The notes under the pieces were generated by a model. That model worked only from the letters and a program-made list of their open reading frames with translations, was not told the DNA's origin and made no database searches. Position numbers and translations under genes: made by a program. From NCBI GenBank assembly GCA_034670305.1, contig JAXMNT010000046.1, positions 1-59,341 on the forward strand: a DNA stretch of 59,341 nucleotides, in the 5' to 3' direction. Of this stretch, positions 9,219 through 19,330 are shown piece after piece; within the stretch, counting starts at the first letter, position 1, and every line of letters begins with the position of its first letter. The stretch comes from Deltaproteobacteria bacterium. Its GTDB lineage: Bacteria; Myxococcota_A; Polyangia; Polyangiales; Houyiibacteriaceae.

Positions 9219-10739
9219 ATGCAAGACATCCGAGGGTGGTTTGGTGTTCTCATCACAGCGGCGGCCTGCGGGGTCGTGCCCAGCGCGCAGGATGCCGCGT
9301 CGGCACCGGACGCGGGCGTCGACCGGGACTCCACCGTCCCCTCGCCGGACTCGGGCGGGCTGGATGGCGGCGTGACCGGGTCCCCGGACGCGTCCCCGCC
9401 CGTACCCCCCACACCCCCCACCGACCTCAACGAGTGGCAGGAGTCCGCCACGTGGCGCGCGTTCAACGGTGCGCTCGAGCTCCGGTGGGCGCACGCAGGG
9501 GGCGACTGGGTCGACGCCGATGGCATGCCACGAGGCGGCGTTCCCTTCTCGTCGGTTCGAGTGACCGACGACAACGAACCCGGCCCAGTCGAGATCGACT
9601 TGCTGCCGCTCATCGAGGCCACTGGCGCAGCCGACGTGTTCCTTCGGCGCTCTGGCGGGACCAACATCGTGTTTCACAGCCGCGAAGCCGCCGCAGGAGG
9701 CCCAATCCTCACGCTCAACGACTCGGTGTCCCTCCCAGCGGTCGCCGACACCTACCTCGCCAGCAGCACCTCTCGCGCGCTCGGTTCGAACGAGACGCTC
9801 GCATCGGAGGGTTCGGTCCTCATTCGTTTTCTCCTCCCTGAGATGGAGGAACCCCTGACCTCGGCGGTGCTCACGCTGCAGTCGACGGGGCGCGAGTTCG
9901 GCGACCAGACGCTCCGTGTGTTCGAACCCGATCCGCGCGTCCGCACGATCGAGCGCCCTGCGTGGCTTGTGACCGACCCCACCGTGATCATCGAGTTCGG
10001 TGCCGAAGACGTCCTGCGGGACGACCTCCCCGTGCGGCAGGAGGGCGACATCGCGACCTCGCAACTCAGCGCGCCCGGGCTGACGTGGATCAACTCGAAC
10101 ATGGTGATCCCCAACCAGACGCAGGCGTGCGTCACCGTCTACCAACGTCTTGGCACCGACTTTCGACCCGGCGACGGTGGCAAGCTCCCAGGCTTCTCCA
10201 ACACGGGGGACTCTCTGCCCGGCTCCGACGTTGTGGGCGGCGTGACCTACCCAGACTCCGGGTGGGGCGGCCGCTCCCCGGATGGACTGCACTGGTCCGC
10301 ACGCACCGGCTACGGGCGGTGGACGTCCAGCCACGTCGCCTCGCACACCTACTTCTACGCGATGGCGCCCCACAACGCGTACGGCTGGGTGGACCCCATC
10401 GGGTTTCCGTTCGCGAAGGGTGAATGGACCGCGTACGTGCAGTGCGTCCGTCTCAACACCATCTCAGGTGCGGTCGGCAACGAGGACGGCGCGCTCTACT
10501 ACGAGATGAGCGGGGTCGGTCCGCTCTACTCCCGCGAGAACATTCGCTGGCGCGACATCGACGCGCCCGAGTCCGAGATCCGCGAGTTCTGGATCGACTA
10601 CTACTGCGGAGGGACCTCCTGCGGCGACATCGAGAACCGCGGCACGGTCGACTTCGGCGGCGCGGTCGTCACGCGCGGACTGCCGGACATGTCGGCGGTT
10701 GCCGCCGAGGTCGAGCGCTTGAACCGGACACATCCGTAG
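9219..10739 (+). CDS. secreted (lipo)protein with DNRLRE-like domain and PL14-like polysaccharide lyase domain
   Basis: AAAC lipobox-like; ADTYL...VLIRF...SAVLTL; GGKLPGF, WSAR, YYCGG motifs. Confidence 0.65.
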   Translation: MQDIRGWFGVLITAAACGVVPSAQDAASAPDAGVDRDSTVPSPDSGGLDGGVTGSPDASPPVPPTPPTDLNEWQESATWRAFNGALELRWAHAGGDWVDADGMPRGGVPFSSVRVTDDNEPGPVEIDLLPLIEATGAADVFLRRSGGTNIVFHSREAAAGGPILTLNDSVSLPAVADTYLASSTSRALGSNETLASEGSVLIRFLLPEMEEPLTSAVLTLQSTGREFGDQTLRVFEPDPRVRTIERPAWLVTDPTVIIEFGAEDVLRDDLPVRQEGDIATSQLSAPGLTWINSNMVIPNQTQACVTVYQRLGTDFRPGDGGKLPGFSNTGDSLPGSDVVGGVTYPDSGWGGRSPDGLHWSARTGYGRWTSSHVASHTYFYAMAPHNAYGWVDPIGFPFAKGEWTAYVQCVRLNTISGAVGNEDGALYYEMSGVGPLYSRENIRWRDIDAPESEIREFWIDYYCGGTSCGDIENRGTVDFGGAVVTRGLPDMSAVAAEVERLNRTHP

Positions 10740-10813
10740 TCCCCGTTGGCCAGTGTGGCGTTCGCGCAAACGGAGAAATGGTTGCGTGCTCCGGCATCAG
10801 GCAGGTTCAAATC

Positions 10814-13800
10814 ATGACTCGATACATCTCCTTCGCCCTGGTTGTGGTCGTCTTCGTACTTCCCGAGATCTTCGTGCAAGTGGCACGCGCCCAAGCGTTC
10901 GAAACCGTGGAGCTTCCGTACGCCATCGTTTACGTACAGTGCCCACGTACGGAGGGGTTCGATGTTTCTGCCGAGGTAAGGGTTGGCGGAGAGCGGGTGA
11001 CGAGGACCCGATCGTTCAATGTGGCGGACAGTCCGGATCGTTTGCCAGAAGTGACGCGGTTCTTCGGCGGGTTTCAGGCTCGCTGCGACCTGATTCTGCG
11101 GCATCCCGATGGGTCTGAAGAGACCCTGTTCGAGTGCGCCGAATCACCGGACGACGACGCATGCTCCGCGATGGACCCCGCGGTCAGCTTCGACGGACGC
11201 CAGATCGCGTTTTCGGTCTTTCGCGGGAGGGCGCGCCGCTCGGTGCAGAACGTCGACGCGACCTTCTTCGACCCGGCCGCCGCGTCGGAGTCGATCCCAG
11301 TCACCTGGCCGAACACCCACCTCGGCGCGCGCGGTGCCCACCTCTTGGTTTACGACCTGGAGAGCCGCACGACCCGTGAAGTCACCACGTACCAAGCCGG
11401 GATCTGGGACAGCGGCCCGGCGTGGCTCTCCACTGGCCGCCTGGCGTTCACATCCACGCGCAACAACGTCTACCAAACCCTGACGCACGGCGAGTCTGGC
11501 CGCGCCTCGCAGCTGCACACCGTCGACCCGGATGGCGAGAACATCGAGGTGGCCAGCCACCATGGGCTCGCGGCGGAGCAGCACCCCTACCAGCTGCGCG
11601 ACGGCCGAGTCGCTTACTCCGCGTGGCAGGTGTTTGGAATGCTGCCCTTCCGGAAGAACAATGGTTCGATCCGCGCGGCGGGCAGCACCGACAACCTCTT
11701 CCATCTTTATGTACAGAGCCCGGACGGTGCGGAACCGTTTGCGCTCTACGGCCAGCACACCGGGTCGGGGCCCCAGATGTCCCACAACGCCGCCCACTTC
11801 CTGACTCAAAGCGGCGACGGCTGGGTGTGGACGGGCGAGTACTACCGCGCGAACAACAACGGGCTGGCGAACATCCTGGGGTTTGAGCCGCCGCCGGAGG
11901 GTCAGGAGGGCTACGGCTACCACGAGTTGGAAGCGTTGCCCGTCCCGTACTGGGAGCGCGCGCGCTACCTCTACCACCCACGCAACTCGATGATCGTTGC
12001 CCCGTGGTCGTCTCCTGGCAACGACCTCCCCGCGCCGGCGGCCGAGCCTGCGTTCATGCATCCCAACTACGACGATCCCATCCGGCGCGTGGGCAAGATC
12101 GGGTTCCCCGCTGCCGTGCCCGAGGGCCTGTTGCTCTCCTGGGGGCTCGGCGCGTGCCACATCCGGACGCTGGCTCGGGACGCCATCCCCAGCGCGTCCG
12201 GCGGCACCGACAACCCAAGCTGCGACGTGGGCATCTACCGAGCGACCTCGCTCCCGGTCGGGTCCCCGCACGATCTCGAGCGGGTCGTCGACCGGCGCGA
12301 GTTTCACGAGTTCATGGTTCGTCCGGTGATCCCCTACCGGGAACTGTTCGGCGTCGAGCAGCCCGACATCATCGAACGCGCCGAGGTTCGGTACCGCAAC
12401 ACGCCGGGGCTGCCGCCAGGCACGCCCTTCGGCATGCTCGGCGCAGCGTCACTCATTCACCGCGAGACCGCCCACCATTCGATCGGGTCCGAGGGCGTGC
12501 GCGAGACCCGCTTCTCGTTCCAGAGTCACACTCAGCTTGCCCAGCGAGGGGGCGACCTCATCGACTACGAGGACGACGAGATCTGCGGCGTGCGGATCCT
12601 GGGCGTGATGCCCAACGACGACGAGGTCGAAGAAGAGGGCAACGGGAGCCGGCTCGGAGAACGTGTGGTGGTGCTCGGTGAAGTGCCGGCCCGCCACCGA
12701 GACGAAGCCGGAGCACCGATCCTCGACGCGATGGGGAACCCAGACACGTCGTTCCTGCTTCGGATGCCGGCCAACATGCCCTACCTGATGCAATCGGTGG
12801 ACTGCGACGGACGCGCGCTCGCGACCGACCAGGTGTGGCAGTCGGTACGTCCAGGCGAGCGCAAGACCTGCGGCGGCTGCCACGTCCACAGCCAGGAGTC
12901 GATGCCGTTCGAGGGCACTGTGGCCGACTCGATCGACTTCCCCGTCGCGGAGCTGGGCGAAGGGGTGGTGCCGTTGATGGATGGCCTCGACGCGGACGGC
13001 GATCCGATCGTGCGCGAGGTGCCCGGCCAGGGGCTGGCGGTGGAGCTGCGACGCGACGTCATGCCGATTCTCGAGCGCCGCTGCGCGCGCTGCCACTCCG
13101 AGAGCGACCCCGCGGGGGACCTCCGCCTCGACGACGCCAGCGCGGTCGCGCGGTGCGTCTTCGGCGACCCCTCCCAAACGTGTGTGCCCGAGGCGCGCCG
13201 CGTGGCGGGGCCGCGCGACAACAGGCTCAACTGGCCCAACTACTCGCGCTACGCGCGCTTCATGAATGCCCGCGGCTCGCTGCTCTACTGGAAGGCCGTC
13301 AACGCCCGCACCGATGGGATCACGGACGAGCTGCGCGACAGCGACATCGACTTTGGCGCCGACCACCCGACCGACATCACAAGCGAGGAGCTCGATACGC
13401 TCGCGATGTGGATCGAGCTCGGGGGACCGGCGGGCGAACGCTACCTCGTGGACTCGCAACCCCCGACGCTCAATGTGTTCGGAGAGGTGTCGGACGAAGG
13501 CGCGGTCACAGGCTTCCGGATCGGCACGACGGACTTGGGCAGCGGCGTCGACCCGGACAGCCTTGAGCTCTGCGAACTCGCGGGCGACGAGTGCGCGGGC
13601 ACATGGACACCCACCGCCGATCCACACGGCGTCGTCGAGTTCCCGCTGCCTGCGCCTGTCAGCGACCAGACGACACGCTTCCAGTTCACGGTACGCGACC
13701 AAGCCGGCAACCAGCGTCGCATGGTCCGCAACGTGCGCTGGTTTGTTCAGCTCTCGCAGGCCTGGGGTCTGTCGGAGACCCCGCCTCCGTTGCCCGGCGT

Positions 13801-14002
13801 GGACGCGGGGCCCAACGACGGGGGCGTGGGAGTTGTGGACGCTTCCGGTCCGACGAGTCCGGGTCCGACGGCAGGTATGGGTTGCTCCTGTCGCGTTGCG
13901 CCCTCACCCTCTTCGATGTGGTCGGCCACATGGATGGGTCTGGGGGCGTTGGTCTGGTTGCGCCGGCGTCGTCGGTTTGGGGTCGGAGCGGCGCGAGATT
14001 GA
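10814..14002 (+). CDS. HzsA (hydrazine synthase alpha)-like beta-propeller/diheme cytochrome c protein with MYXO-CTERM anchor
   Basis: signal peptide, PD40-like DPAVSFDG, SFLLRMPANMP...QSVD.DGRA middle domain, CGGCH and CARCH, C-terminal GCSCRV-TM-RRRRR. Confidence 0.75.
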   Translation: MTRYISFALVVVVFVLPEIFVQVARAQAFETVELPYAIVYVQCPRTEGFDVSAEVRVGGERVTRTRSFNVADSPDRLPEVTRFFGGFQARCDLILRHPDGSEETLFECAESPDDDACSAMDPAVSFDGRQIAFSVFRGRARRSVQNVDATFFDPAAASESIPVTWPNTHLGARGAHLLVYDLESRTTREVTTYQAGIWDSGPAWLSTGRLAFTSTRNNVYQTLTHGESGRASQLHTVDPDGENIEVASHHGLAAEQHPYQLRDGRVAYSAWQVFGMLPFRKNNGSIRAAGSTDNLFHLYVQSPDGAEPFALYGQHTGSGPQMSHNAAHFLTQSGDGWVWTGEYYRANNNGLANILGFEPPPEGQEGYGYHELEALPVPYWERARYLYHPRNSMIVAPWSSPGNDLPAPAAEPAFMHPNYDDPIRRVGKIGFPAAVPEGLLLSWGLGACHIRTLARDAIPSASGGTDNPSCDVGIYRATSLPVGSPHDLERVVDRREFHEFMVRPVIPYRELFGVEQPDIIERAEVRYRNTPGLPPGTPFGMLGAASLIHRETAHHSIGSEGVRETRFSFQSHTQLAQRGGDLIDYEDDEICGVRILGVMPNDDEVEEEGNGSRLGERVVVLGEVPARHRDEAGAPILDAMGNPDTSFLLRMPANMPYLMQSVDCDGRALATDQVWQSVRPGERKTCGGCHVHSQESMPFEGTVADSIDFPVAELGEGVVPLMDGLDADGDPIVREVPGQGLAVELRRDVMPILERRCARCHSESDPAGDLRLDDASAVARCVFGDPSQTCVPEARRVAGPRDNRLNWPNYSRYARFMNARGSLLYWKAVNARTDGITDELRDSDIDFGADHPTDITSEELDTLAMWIELGGPAGERYLVDSQPPTLNVFGEVSDEGAVTGFRIGTTDLGSGVDPDSLELCELAGDECAGTWTPTADPHGVVEFPLPAPVSDQTTRFQFTVRDQAGNQRRMVRNVRWFVQLSQAWGLSETPPPLPGVDAGPNDGGVGVVDASGPTSPGPTAGMGCSCRVAPSPSSMWSATWMGLGALVWLRRRRRFGVGAARD

Positions 14003-16287
14003 GTCCTGCCGCAGGCAGCGAGCGTGACTGGCGGCGCGTCGCGCTGCTCGTGCTCCTCGCCGGTTGCCAGCCCCCCACCCAATACCTCGTCGACGTCGAC
14101 GCGGAAGAAGGGGTCCGCCGCGAAGCGCGCATTTTCTGTGCGCGCGTCACGCCTGGCTTCCCGGAAGAAGGGCGGTTTCAGACCGAGCTTCCCGCCGCGA
14201 TCCCAGAGGACGTGACGTGGCCGACGACCGTTCCCATCGTGCCGGGCGCGAGCTTGAGCCAGCGTGGCATCTTCACTTTCGAGGCCGCGGCTTGCCGGAG
14301 CGGATGCAACGACTGTTTCGTCTCGACGTCGTTTCGTAGGGCGTTCAGCCCGGGAGAACTCCGGCGCCAATCGCTGTTGCTCACCGACCAATGCGTCAAC
14401 GTCGTGTGCCCGGAAGGCACGACGTGCCGGGGCGCGGGGGTGTGCGTTGATCCAGTGGTCCCGCCGGGAGACGAGGACGAGCCCTCAGACGTCCACCCCG
14501 CGTTGTGCAACGGTCCGCTCTGCTACGAACACCCACGCCCGGGCCGCTTCGTATTCGCCGCGTGTCTCGACGACGAGTTCGCGTTGCTCACCGGCGACCA
14601 AGGGGTGTTGACCGACGCCTCCGGTGGGTGGGAACGCGAGCAGGAGACCGCGGCCGATCTGCGGTCGGCAGTGTGTCTCGGTGGCGGCCGCGCGTTGGTC
14701 GCGGGGCAGGGCGGTTACCTCGCGGAACGTGGCTCCGACGGGACGTGGCGCGAGCTGGACGTTGGCGCACCAAGCGATGCTTCGCTCGTCGTCCGTGGAG
14801 GCGGCGATGAGGTCTGGCTCTCGTCGGGCGCTTTCCTCCGCCGGCGCGCAGCCGATGGTTCGTGGGCCGAGGTGGTGCCGCCCGGGTCGGGGACCACCGT
14901 GGTGGTCTCACCGGACGGATCGCACGTCTGGGCCATCGCAGGTGGCCTGGCCTACCGATGGGAAGGCGATGGGTGGGGCGCGCCGAGTGCGCCGTTGGCC
15001 ATTGCGCCTGGAGAGACCTTGGAAGCCGCGACGTTCACCGATCGGCTGGAGGTGGGCGACAGCGAAGGCACCCTGCACCGGCTGGCAGCCGATGGGTCGT
15101 GGTCGGTCACGGCCCGCCCATGCCCGGCCATGGACATCCACGCGATGAGCGGAGCGTCCGATGGCCAGCTTGTTGTTGGCGGCGGCCGGGGGCAGCTCAC
15201 TCGACGCGGGGTGGCGGGAGATTGGCACTGTGCGACCCCGCTCAGCGGTCTCCTCGCCCCAGTCACGGTCGCGCTGGCACCGAACCCGGCCGGCGGGCTC
15301 CGGGGCATCGCCGCGAGCGACAAGGGTGTGATTGTACGCTGGACCGTGGAAGACGGCGTCGAGAACTTCGCGCGCGACGGTGCCTATCAGTTCCATGGCG
15401 ACCTGCTCGACGTCGCTTGGATCGAGGGCGATCGGTTCGTGGCGGTGGGCAACACGATCGATGGCAGCACAACGGAGCCGCTGCTCATCGAACGCATCGA
15501 CGCCGATGGCCACTGGCGGGTGCGCGCGATCCCCGATGTCCGGGAGCGTTTGGTGCGGGTCGCTGCCTCCACCACCCGCGTGGTGGCCGTGGGAGAGGGC
15601 GGCGCACTCCTGGAGCGAGACCTCACCTCCGCCGCCGGGTACCTGCGGGTTGCGACCGGCACGACGCACACGTTGTCCCGCGTCGTCACCCGCGACGGCC
15701 GATGGCTGGTGGCGGGCGGCGACGTGCTGCTGGAACGCGGAGACGCAGGCTGGGCCCCGGTCACCCCGGCGGTCCCTGGAGGACGATCCATTCGCGCGCT
15801 GGCGATCGACGAAGGAGGCAACATCTGGGTTGGGACCGGGCACCTCGACGGCGAGACGGAGTGCGCAGGCGGCCCTGAGATCCTTCGGCTGCGCGACGGG
15901 GGGGCGTGGGAGACCGTGGCCCCGTCGCGTTGCCCCGTTCGCGAGCTGGTTCCGCGCCCAGGCGGCGGCGCGTGGGTGCTCGCGACCGGCGACACCGGCC
16001 ATGGCATTCACCGGCTCGGCGCCGCGCCGGGTTCCACCCTCGTGTTGCTCACGCCCGAGGAGCTCGCCCCGCTCGACTTCGGGCTCGACTCGGACGTCGC
16101 TGCCAGCCGCATGTGGGTGGTCGACGACGCAGTCGTGGCGGCCCGCCTCGCGGACGAGGGCACCTTCCACTACCGCGGCTCGCGCATCACGTCGGCCCAA
16201 CACGGGCCGCTCCGAGGGTTTGCGGCCAGGGGCGATGCCTCGGTGGTGATGCTGGTCGGCGACAACTCGACCGTGCTGCAGCGCTGA
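13999..16287 (+). CDS. lipoprotein, WD40/YVTN/BNR-like beta-propeller
   Basis: TTGA overlap with upstream stop; LLAGC lipobox; repeated (V/L)AVG.GG...W blades. Confidence 0.7.
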   Translation: MSPAAGSERDWRRVALLVLLAGCQPPTQYLVDVDAEEGVRREARIFCARVTPGFPEEGRFQTELPAAIPEDVTWPTTVPIVPGASLSQRGIFTFEAAACRSGCNDCFVSTSFRRAFSPGELRRQSLLLTDQCVNVVCPEGTTCRGAGVCVDPVVPPGDEDEPSDVHPALCNGPLCYEHPRPGRFVFAACLDDEFALLTGDQGVLTDASGGWEREQETAADLRSAVCLGGGRALVAGQGGYLAERGSDGTWRELDVGAPSDASLVVRGGGDEVWLSSGAFLRRRAADGSWAEVVPPGSGTTVVVSPDGSHVWAIAGGLAYRWEGDGWGAPSAPLAIAPGETLEAATFTDRLEVGDSEGTLHRLAADGSWSVTARPCPAMDIHAMSGASDGQLVVGGGRGQLTRRGVAGDWHCATPLSGLLAPVTVALAPNPAGGLRGIAASDKGVIVRWTVEDGVENFARDGAYQFHGDLLDVAWIEGDRFVAVGNTIDGSTTEPLLIERIDADGHWRVRAIPDVRERLVRVAASTTRVVAVGEGGALLERDLTSAAGYLRVATGTTHTLSRVVTRDGRWLVAGGDVLLERGDAGWAPVTPAVPGGRSIRALAIDEGGNIWVGTGHLDGETECAGGPEILRLRDGGAWETVAPSRCPVRELVPRPGGGAWVLATGDTGHGIHRLGAAPGSTLVLLTPEELAPLDFGLDSDVAASRMWVVDDAVVAARLADEGTFHYRGSRITSAQHGPLRGFAARGDASVVMLVGDNSTVLQR

Positions 16288-16465
16288 GCGCGTCAGCCCT
16301 CGTCCGACCCCCGCCACAGCGATCGATCGCGAGCCGGCGGTGGGCGACCGGCGCCGGGTCGCGGTGGATGTCCTGGCGGCGGGCGGATAGATTGGCCCGG
16401 CCGTGCCCGGGTGACCGTAGAACCGCCCGAACCTGGCTGCGTGACCGTACTCGGAGAACGACCTC

Positions 16466-17602
16466 ATGAGCGAGCCGAAGACACCCGAGCCGGACACCGC
16501 CAGACGCTGGCTGGTTGCGCCCATGCTCGGGGTCCTCCTGGTCGCCGGAGGCATGGCCCTGCGCGGCCACCTCCAGCGGGCAGAGACTAGGCGGGCCCAC
16601 CTCGCCGCGGTCGAGGCGCAGAACGTTGGCGCGCCGGCTGAACTCGAGCGCTTCGGCGCGGGCACGACGGCCCGGCGGTCGTGCGGCGAGCCGTGCACGA
16701 CCCGGGGGGCCTGCACCCTGCGGGATGGGCGATGCGTCGCCACGAGCGCCGAATCGTGCCGCGAGTCCCAGCTCTGCGGTGACGACGGGATGTGCTCGCT
16801 CGTCGACGAGCGGTGCGAGCCGGCGAGTGACGCGGATTGCGCCGCGAGCGAGGCGTGCGCGGCGCGCGGCGAGTGCTCGTTCGACGCGACGTGGAACGAC
16901 TGCGCGGTGCGGGGCCCAGAGGACTGCGCAGCTTCGCGCCGATGCCGGGAGGAGTCGCTCGGCTGCGAGTTTCGAGAGGTCGAGCGCGACGTCCACGGGC
17001 GAGCGCAGGTGAACCGTGCGTGCCATGGGGCGACGGATGCGACCTGTGCGGCGTCGAGGGAGTGCGCGAGTGACGGACGGTGCGCCGCGCTCACCACGGA
17101 CGGTCAGGTCAGCTGTGCGGCGACGGAGGCCGCACACTGTCGCGACTCCGAGGCATGCGCGGTCTTCGGCGCGTGCACCGCGCGCAACGGCCGCTGCTTC
17201 CCGGGGTCCGAGGACGACTGTCGCGCATCGCAGGTCTGCGCCCGGCTGCTCCTCTGCGAGCTGCACCGCGGCAGCGACGGCCTCGGCCTCTCCTGCGTGC
17301 CCCGCCAGCCAGGGGAGAGCGCCAACACTCCGGACGACCTCGTGGCGCGGCTCGACGTGGGCATGGCGGCTGACGCCGTGCGGAACATCTTCGGCGAACC
17401 CGACATCGTCGGCCTGGTCGACGGCGCGTCGAACCTCGGCTGCGAGCTCGAGCACGACGGCATCCGGAGCTTCACGCGTTGCCCGACGTCGCACTACTAC
17501 CGGCTGGTGAGCGGAGCACTCATCCGGATCGACTATTCGCCGCGCGGGGTATTGCGGGAGTGGGCCGCCGGCGTGCCTTCACCGTTGGGCCGGGCGAACT
17601 GA
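16466..17602 (+). CDS. membrane-anchored cysteine-rich repeat protein
   Basis: N-terminal TM; ~7 CxxSxxCxxxGxC repeats; C-terminal LDVGMAADAVRNIFGEPD (SmpA/BamE-like motif). Confidence 0.65.
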   Translation: MSEPKTPEPDTARRWLVAPMLGVLLVAGGMALRGHLQRAETRRAHLAAVEAQNVGAPAELERFGAGTTARRSCGEPCTTRGACTLRDGRCVATSAESCRESQLCGDDGMCSLVDERCEPASDADCAASEACAARGECSFDATWNDCAVRGPEDCAASRRCREESLGCEFREVERDVHGRAQVNRACHGATDATCAASRECASDGRCAALTTDGQVSCAATEAAHCRDSEACAVFGACTARNGRCFPGSEDDCRASQVCARLLLCELHRGSDGLGLSCVPRQPGESANTPDDLVARLDVGMAADAVRNIFGEPDIVGLVDGASNLGCELEHDGIRSFTRCPTSHYYRLVSGALIRIDYSPRGVLREWAAGVPSPLGRAN

Positions 17603-17804
17603 CTCCGCCGGCGGCGCGACGAGCCGCTTGACCCGTCTCGGCACGGCGACTTCATGAGTGGGGCTGAGATTGACGGCCGACGCCGAGAGTCGCCGCGACC
17701 CACTCGTTCAGGACTGCGTGGGGCGAAGTCACTGCCGAGCGGGCGACCCCCCGGCCACTCGAGTGCGCTGCAGAGCGGCCGGAGGGACTTGGCGCGGGTC
17801 TGCC

Positions 17805-18023
17805 TCAGCGCCCCTTCTCGGTGGCGTCGCGGCGACGGAGCTCTGTCACGGTCTCGCCCGCGACCCCCCAGTTGTCGGTCGGGACCTCGTCGATGACCAC
17901 GAAGGTGGTCCGCGGGTCCTTGCCGAGCACGCGCACCAAGAGGTCCGTGGTCCCTCCCACCAGCGCCTGCTTCTGTTCGCGCGTCACACCTTCATCGGTC
18001 ACTTGAATCAATACGTAGGGCAT
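17805..18023 (-). CDS. 4-oxalocrotonate tautomerase family protein
   Basis: catalytic N-terminal Pro (MPYVLIQV), TREQKQAL, IDEVPTDNWGVAG. Confidence 0.92.
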   Translation of the reverse strand: MPYVLIQVTDEGVTREQKQALVGGTTDLLVRVLGKDPRTTFVVIDEVPTDNWGVAGETVTELRRRDATEKGR

Positions 18024-18026
18024 GGC

Positions 18027-18410
18027 TCACCGCTCTCTCTGGGGTTGGACGTCTGTGAAGTTCTTGTGGATGATCGACCAGCGTTGGCCGTCGTGGATAA
18101 GCGACAGGAAGTCGATGTACTCCTTGCCCATGAACGCGAGGCGCGCGTGGACGTGGCCGATGCGCCCCTGGACTGCGGTGGTCTCGATGCGCATTCGGCG
18201 CGTCTCCCCGCGTGCTTCGGGCGATACGCGCTCGGCCACGGCGTTCAGGTAGGTGTCGAGGTCGCGCTCATAGGGCTCGCCGCCGACGATCCCAGTGAGC
18301 CTCGCGTGTGGATGGAATGCGCGCCGGAGCTGGGCGACGTCCCCGTGGAAGATGCCGTCGAAGTAGTCCTCGATGCACCCCTCGAGTGTGGATTCGGTGA
18401 TGGCAGTCAC
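18027..18410 (-). CDS. NTF2-like (lumazine-binding family) protein
   Basis: YFDGIFHGD...LRRAFHPHARL, YIDFLSL...WSIIHK. Confidence 0.85.
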   Translation of the reverse strand: MTAITESTLEGCIEDYFDGIFHGDVAQLRRAFHPHARLTGIVGGEPYERDLDTYLNAVAERVSPEARGETRRMRIETTAVQGRIGHVHARLAFMGKEYIDFLSLIHDGQRWSIIHKNFTDVQPQRER

Positions 18411-19150
18411 TAGAACCTCCCCGCGCTCATCCCGCCGTCGACCGGCAGCACAACCCCGGTGGTGAACGTGGCGTCCGCGAGATACAGCACGGCCTCGGCA
18501 ATCTCGTCGGGTGTGGCGATGCGGCCGAAGGGCTGCAATCCGTTCAGGAACTCTTGCATGTCGGGGGTGTAGAGAGGGGTGTCCACGATGCCCGGTGCGA
18601 CCGAGGACACGTGAATGCGGTCAGGGGCGAGCTCGAGCGCCAGCGCACGCGTGGCTGCGTTGATTCCCCCCTTGATCAGAATCGGCAGCGACGCCGGTAC
18701 CGCGTCCTGCGGCTGGAGCGCGATGCTCGCCGTCACATTGACGACGTGGCCGCCTCCATGGGCGCGCATGTGTCGGGCCGCTCGGCGGGTGGCGTACACG
18801 AAGCCTCGCAGGTTGGTGTCCACCAGGGCATCCAAGTCCTCGTTGGTGTAGTCGACGATGGGCTTGGCGAGGAAGATGCCCGCGTTGTTCACGAGGACGT
18901 CGGCACGGCCGAACGCCTCCTCGACTCGGTCGAAGAGGCGCTCTGAAGTCTCCGGGCGACCGATGTCGCCGGCGACCGGCAGGAACCGTGAGCCGGCGTC
19001 GAGCGCCGCGGCTGCGCTCGCCAGTCGGTCGGCGGATCGACCGCTGCCGACGACGGTGTCGCCGCGCGATAGAAACGCGCGGGCGACGGCGAAGCCGATG
19101 CCGCTCGAGGCGCCGGTGACGACGGCAGTGATGGGACGAGGTTTGGACAT
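18410..19150 (-). CDS. SDR family oxidoreductase
   Basis: TGASSGIG, NNAG, VAPG, LPVDGG; ATG at 19150; catalytic YxxxK is atypical (PILIK). Confidence 0.92.
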   Translation of the reverse strand: MSKPRPITAVVTGASSGIGFAVARAFLSRGDTVVGSGRSADRLASAAAALDAGSRFLPVAGDIGRPETSERLFDRVEEAFGRADVLVNNAGIFLAKPIVDYTNEDLDALVDTNLRGFVYATRRAARHMRAHGGGHVVNVTASIALQPQDAVPASLPILIKGGINAATRALALELAPDRIHVSSVAPGIVDTPLYTPDMQEFLNGLQPFGRIATPDEIAEAVLYLADATFTTGVVLPVDGGMSAGRF

Positions 19151-19330
19151 AAGGGTGCTCCTGCCTCGTGCGTGCACGAGGCCATGAACCGGCGAGAGAC
19201 CGTCCACAGCACTCCCCGCATGGGAGGGTTGGGATGGGCTCGCTCGGTGGGTGAACACAATCTGCGCCGCGCAGCGGACTCCGTAAATGACGGGTTCCAC
19301 AAGTCAGTTGTTCTCTGATGTAATCAGTGC

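Noticed and set aside
10814-14002. True anammox hydrazine synthase
   Set aside because: No hzsB/hzsC; the MYXO-CTERM anchor and gene context indicate a distant homologue
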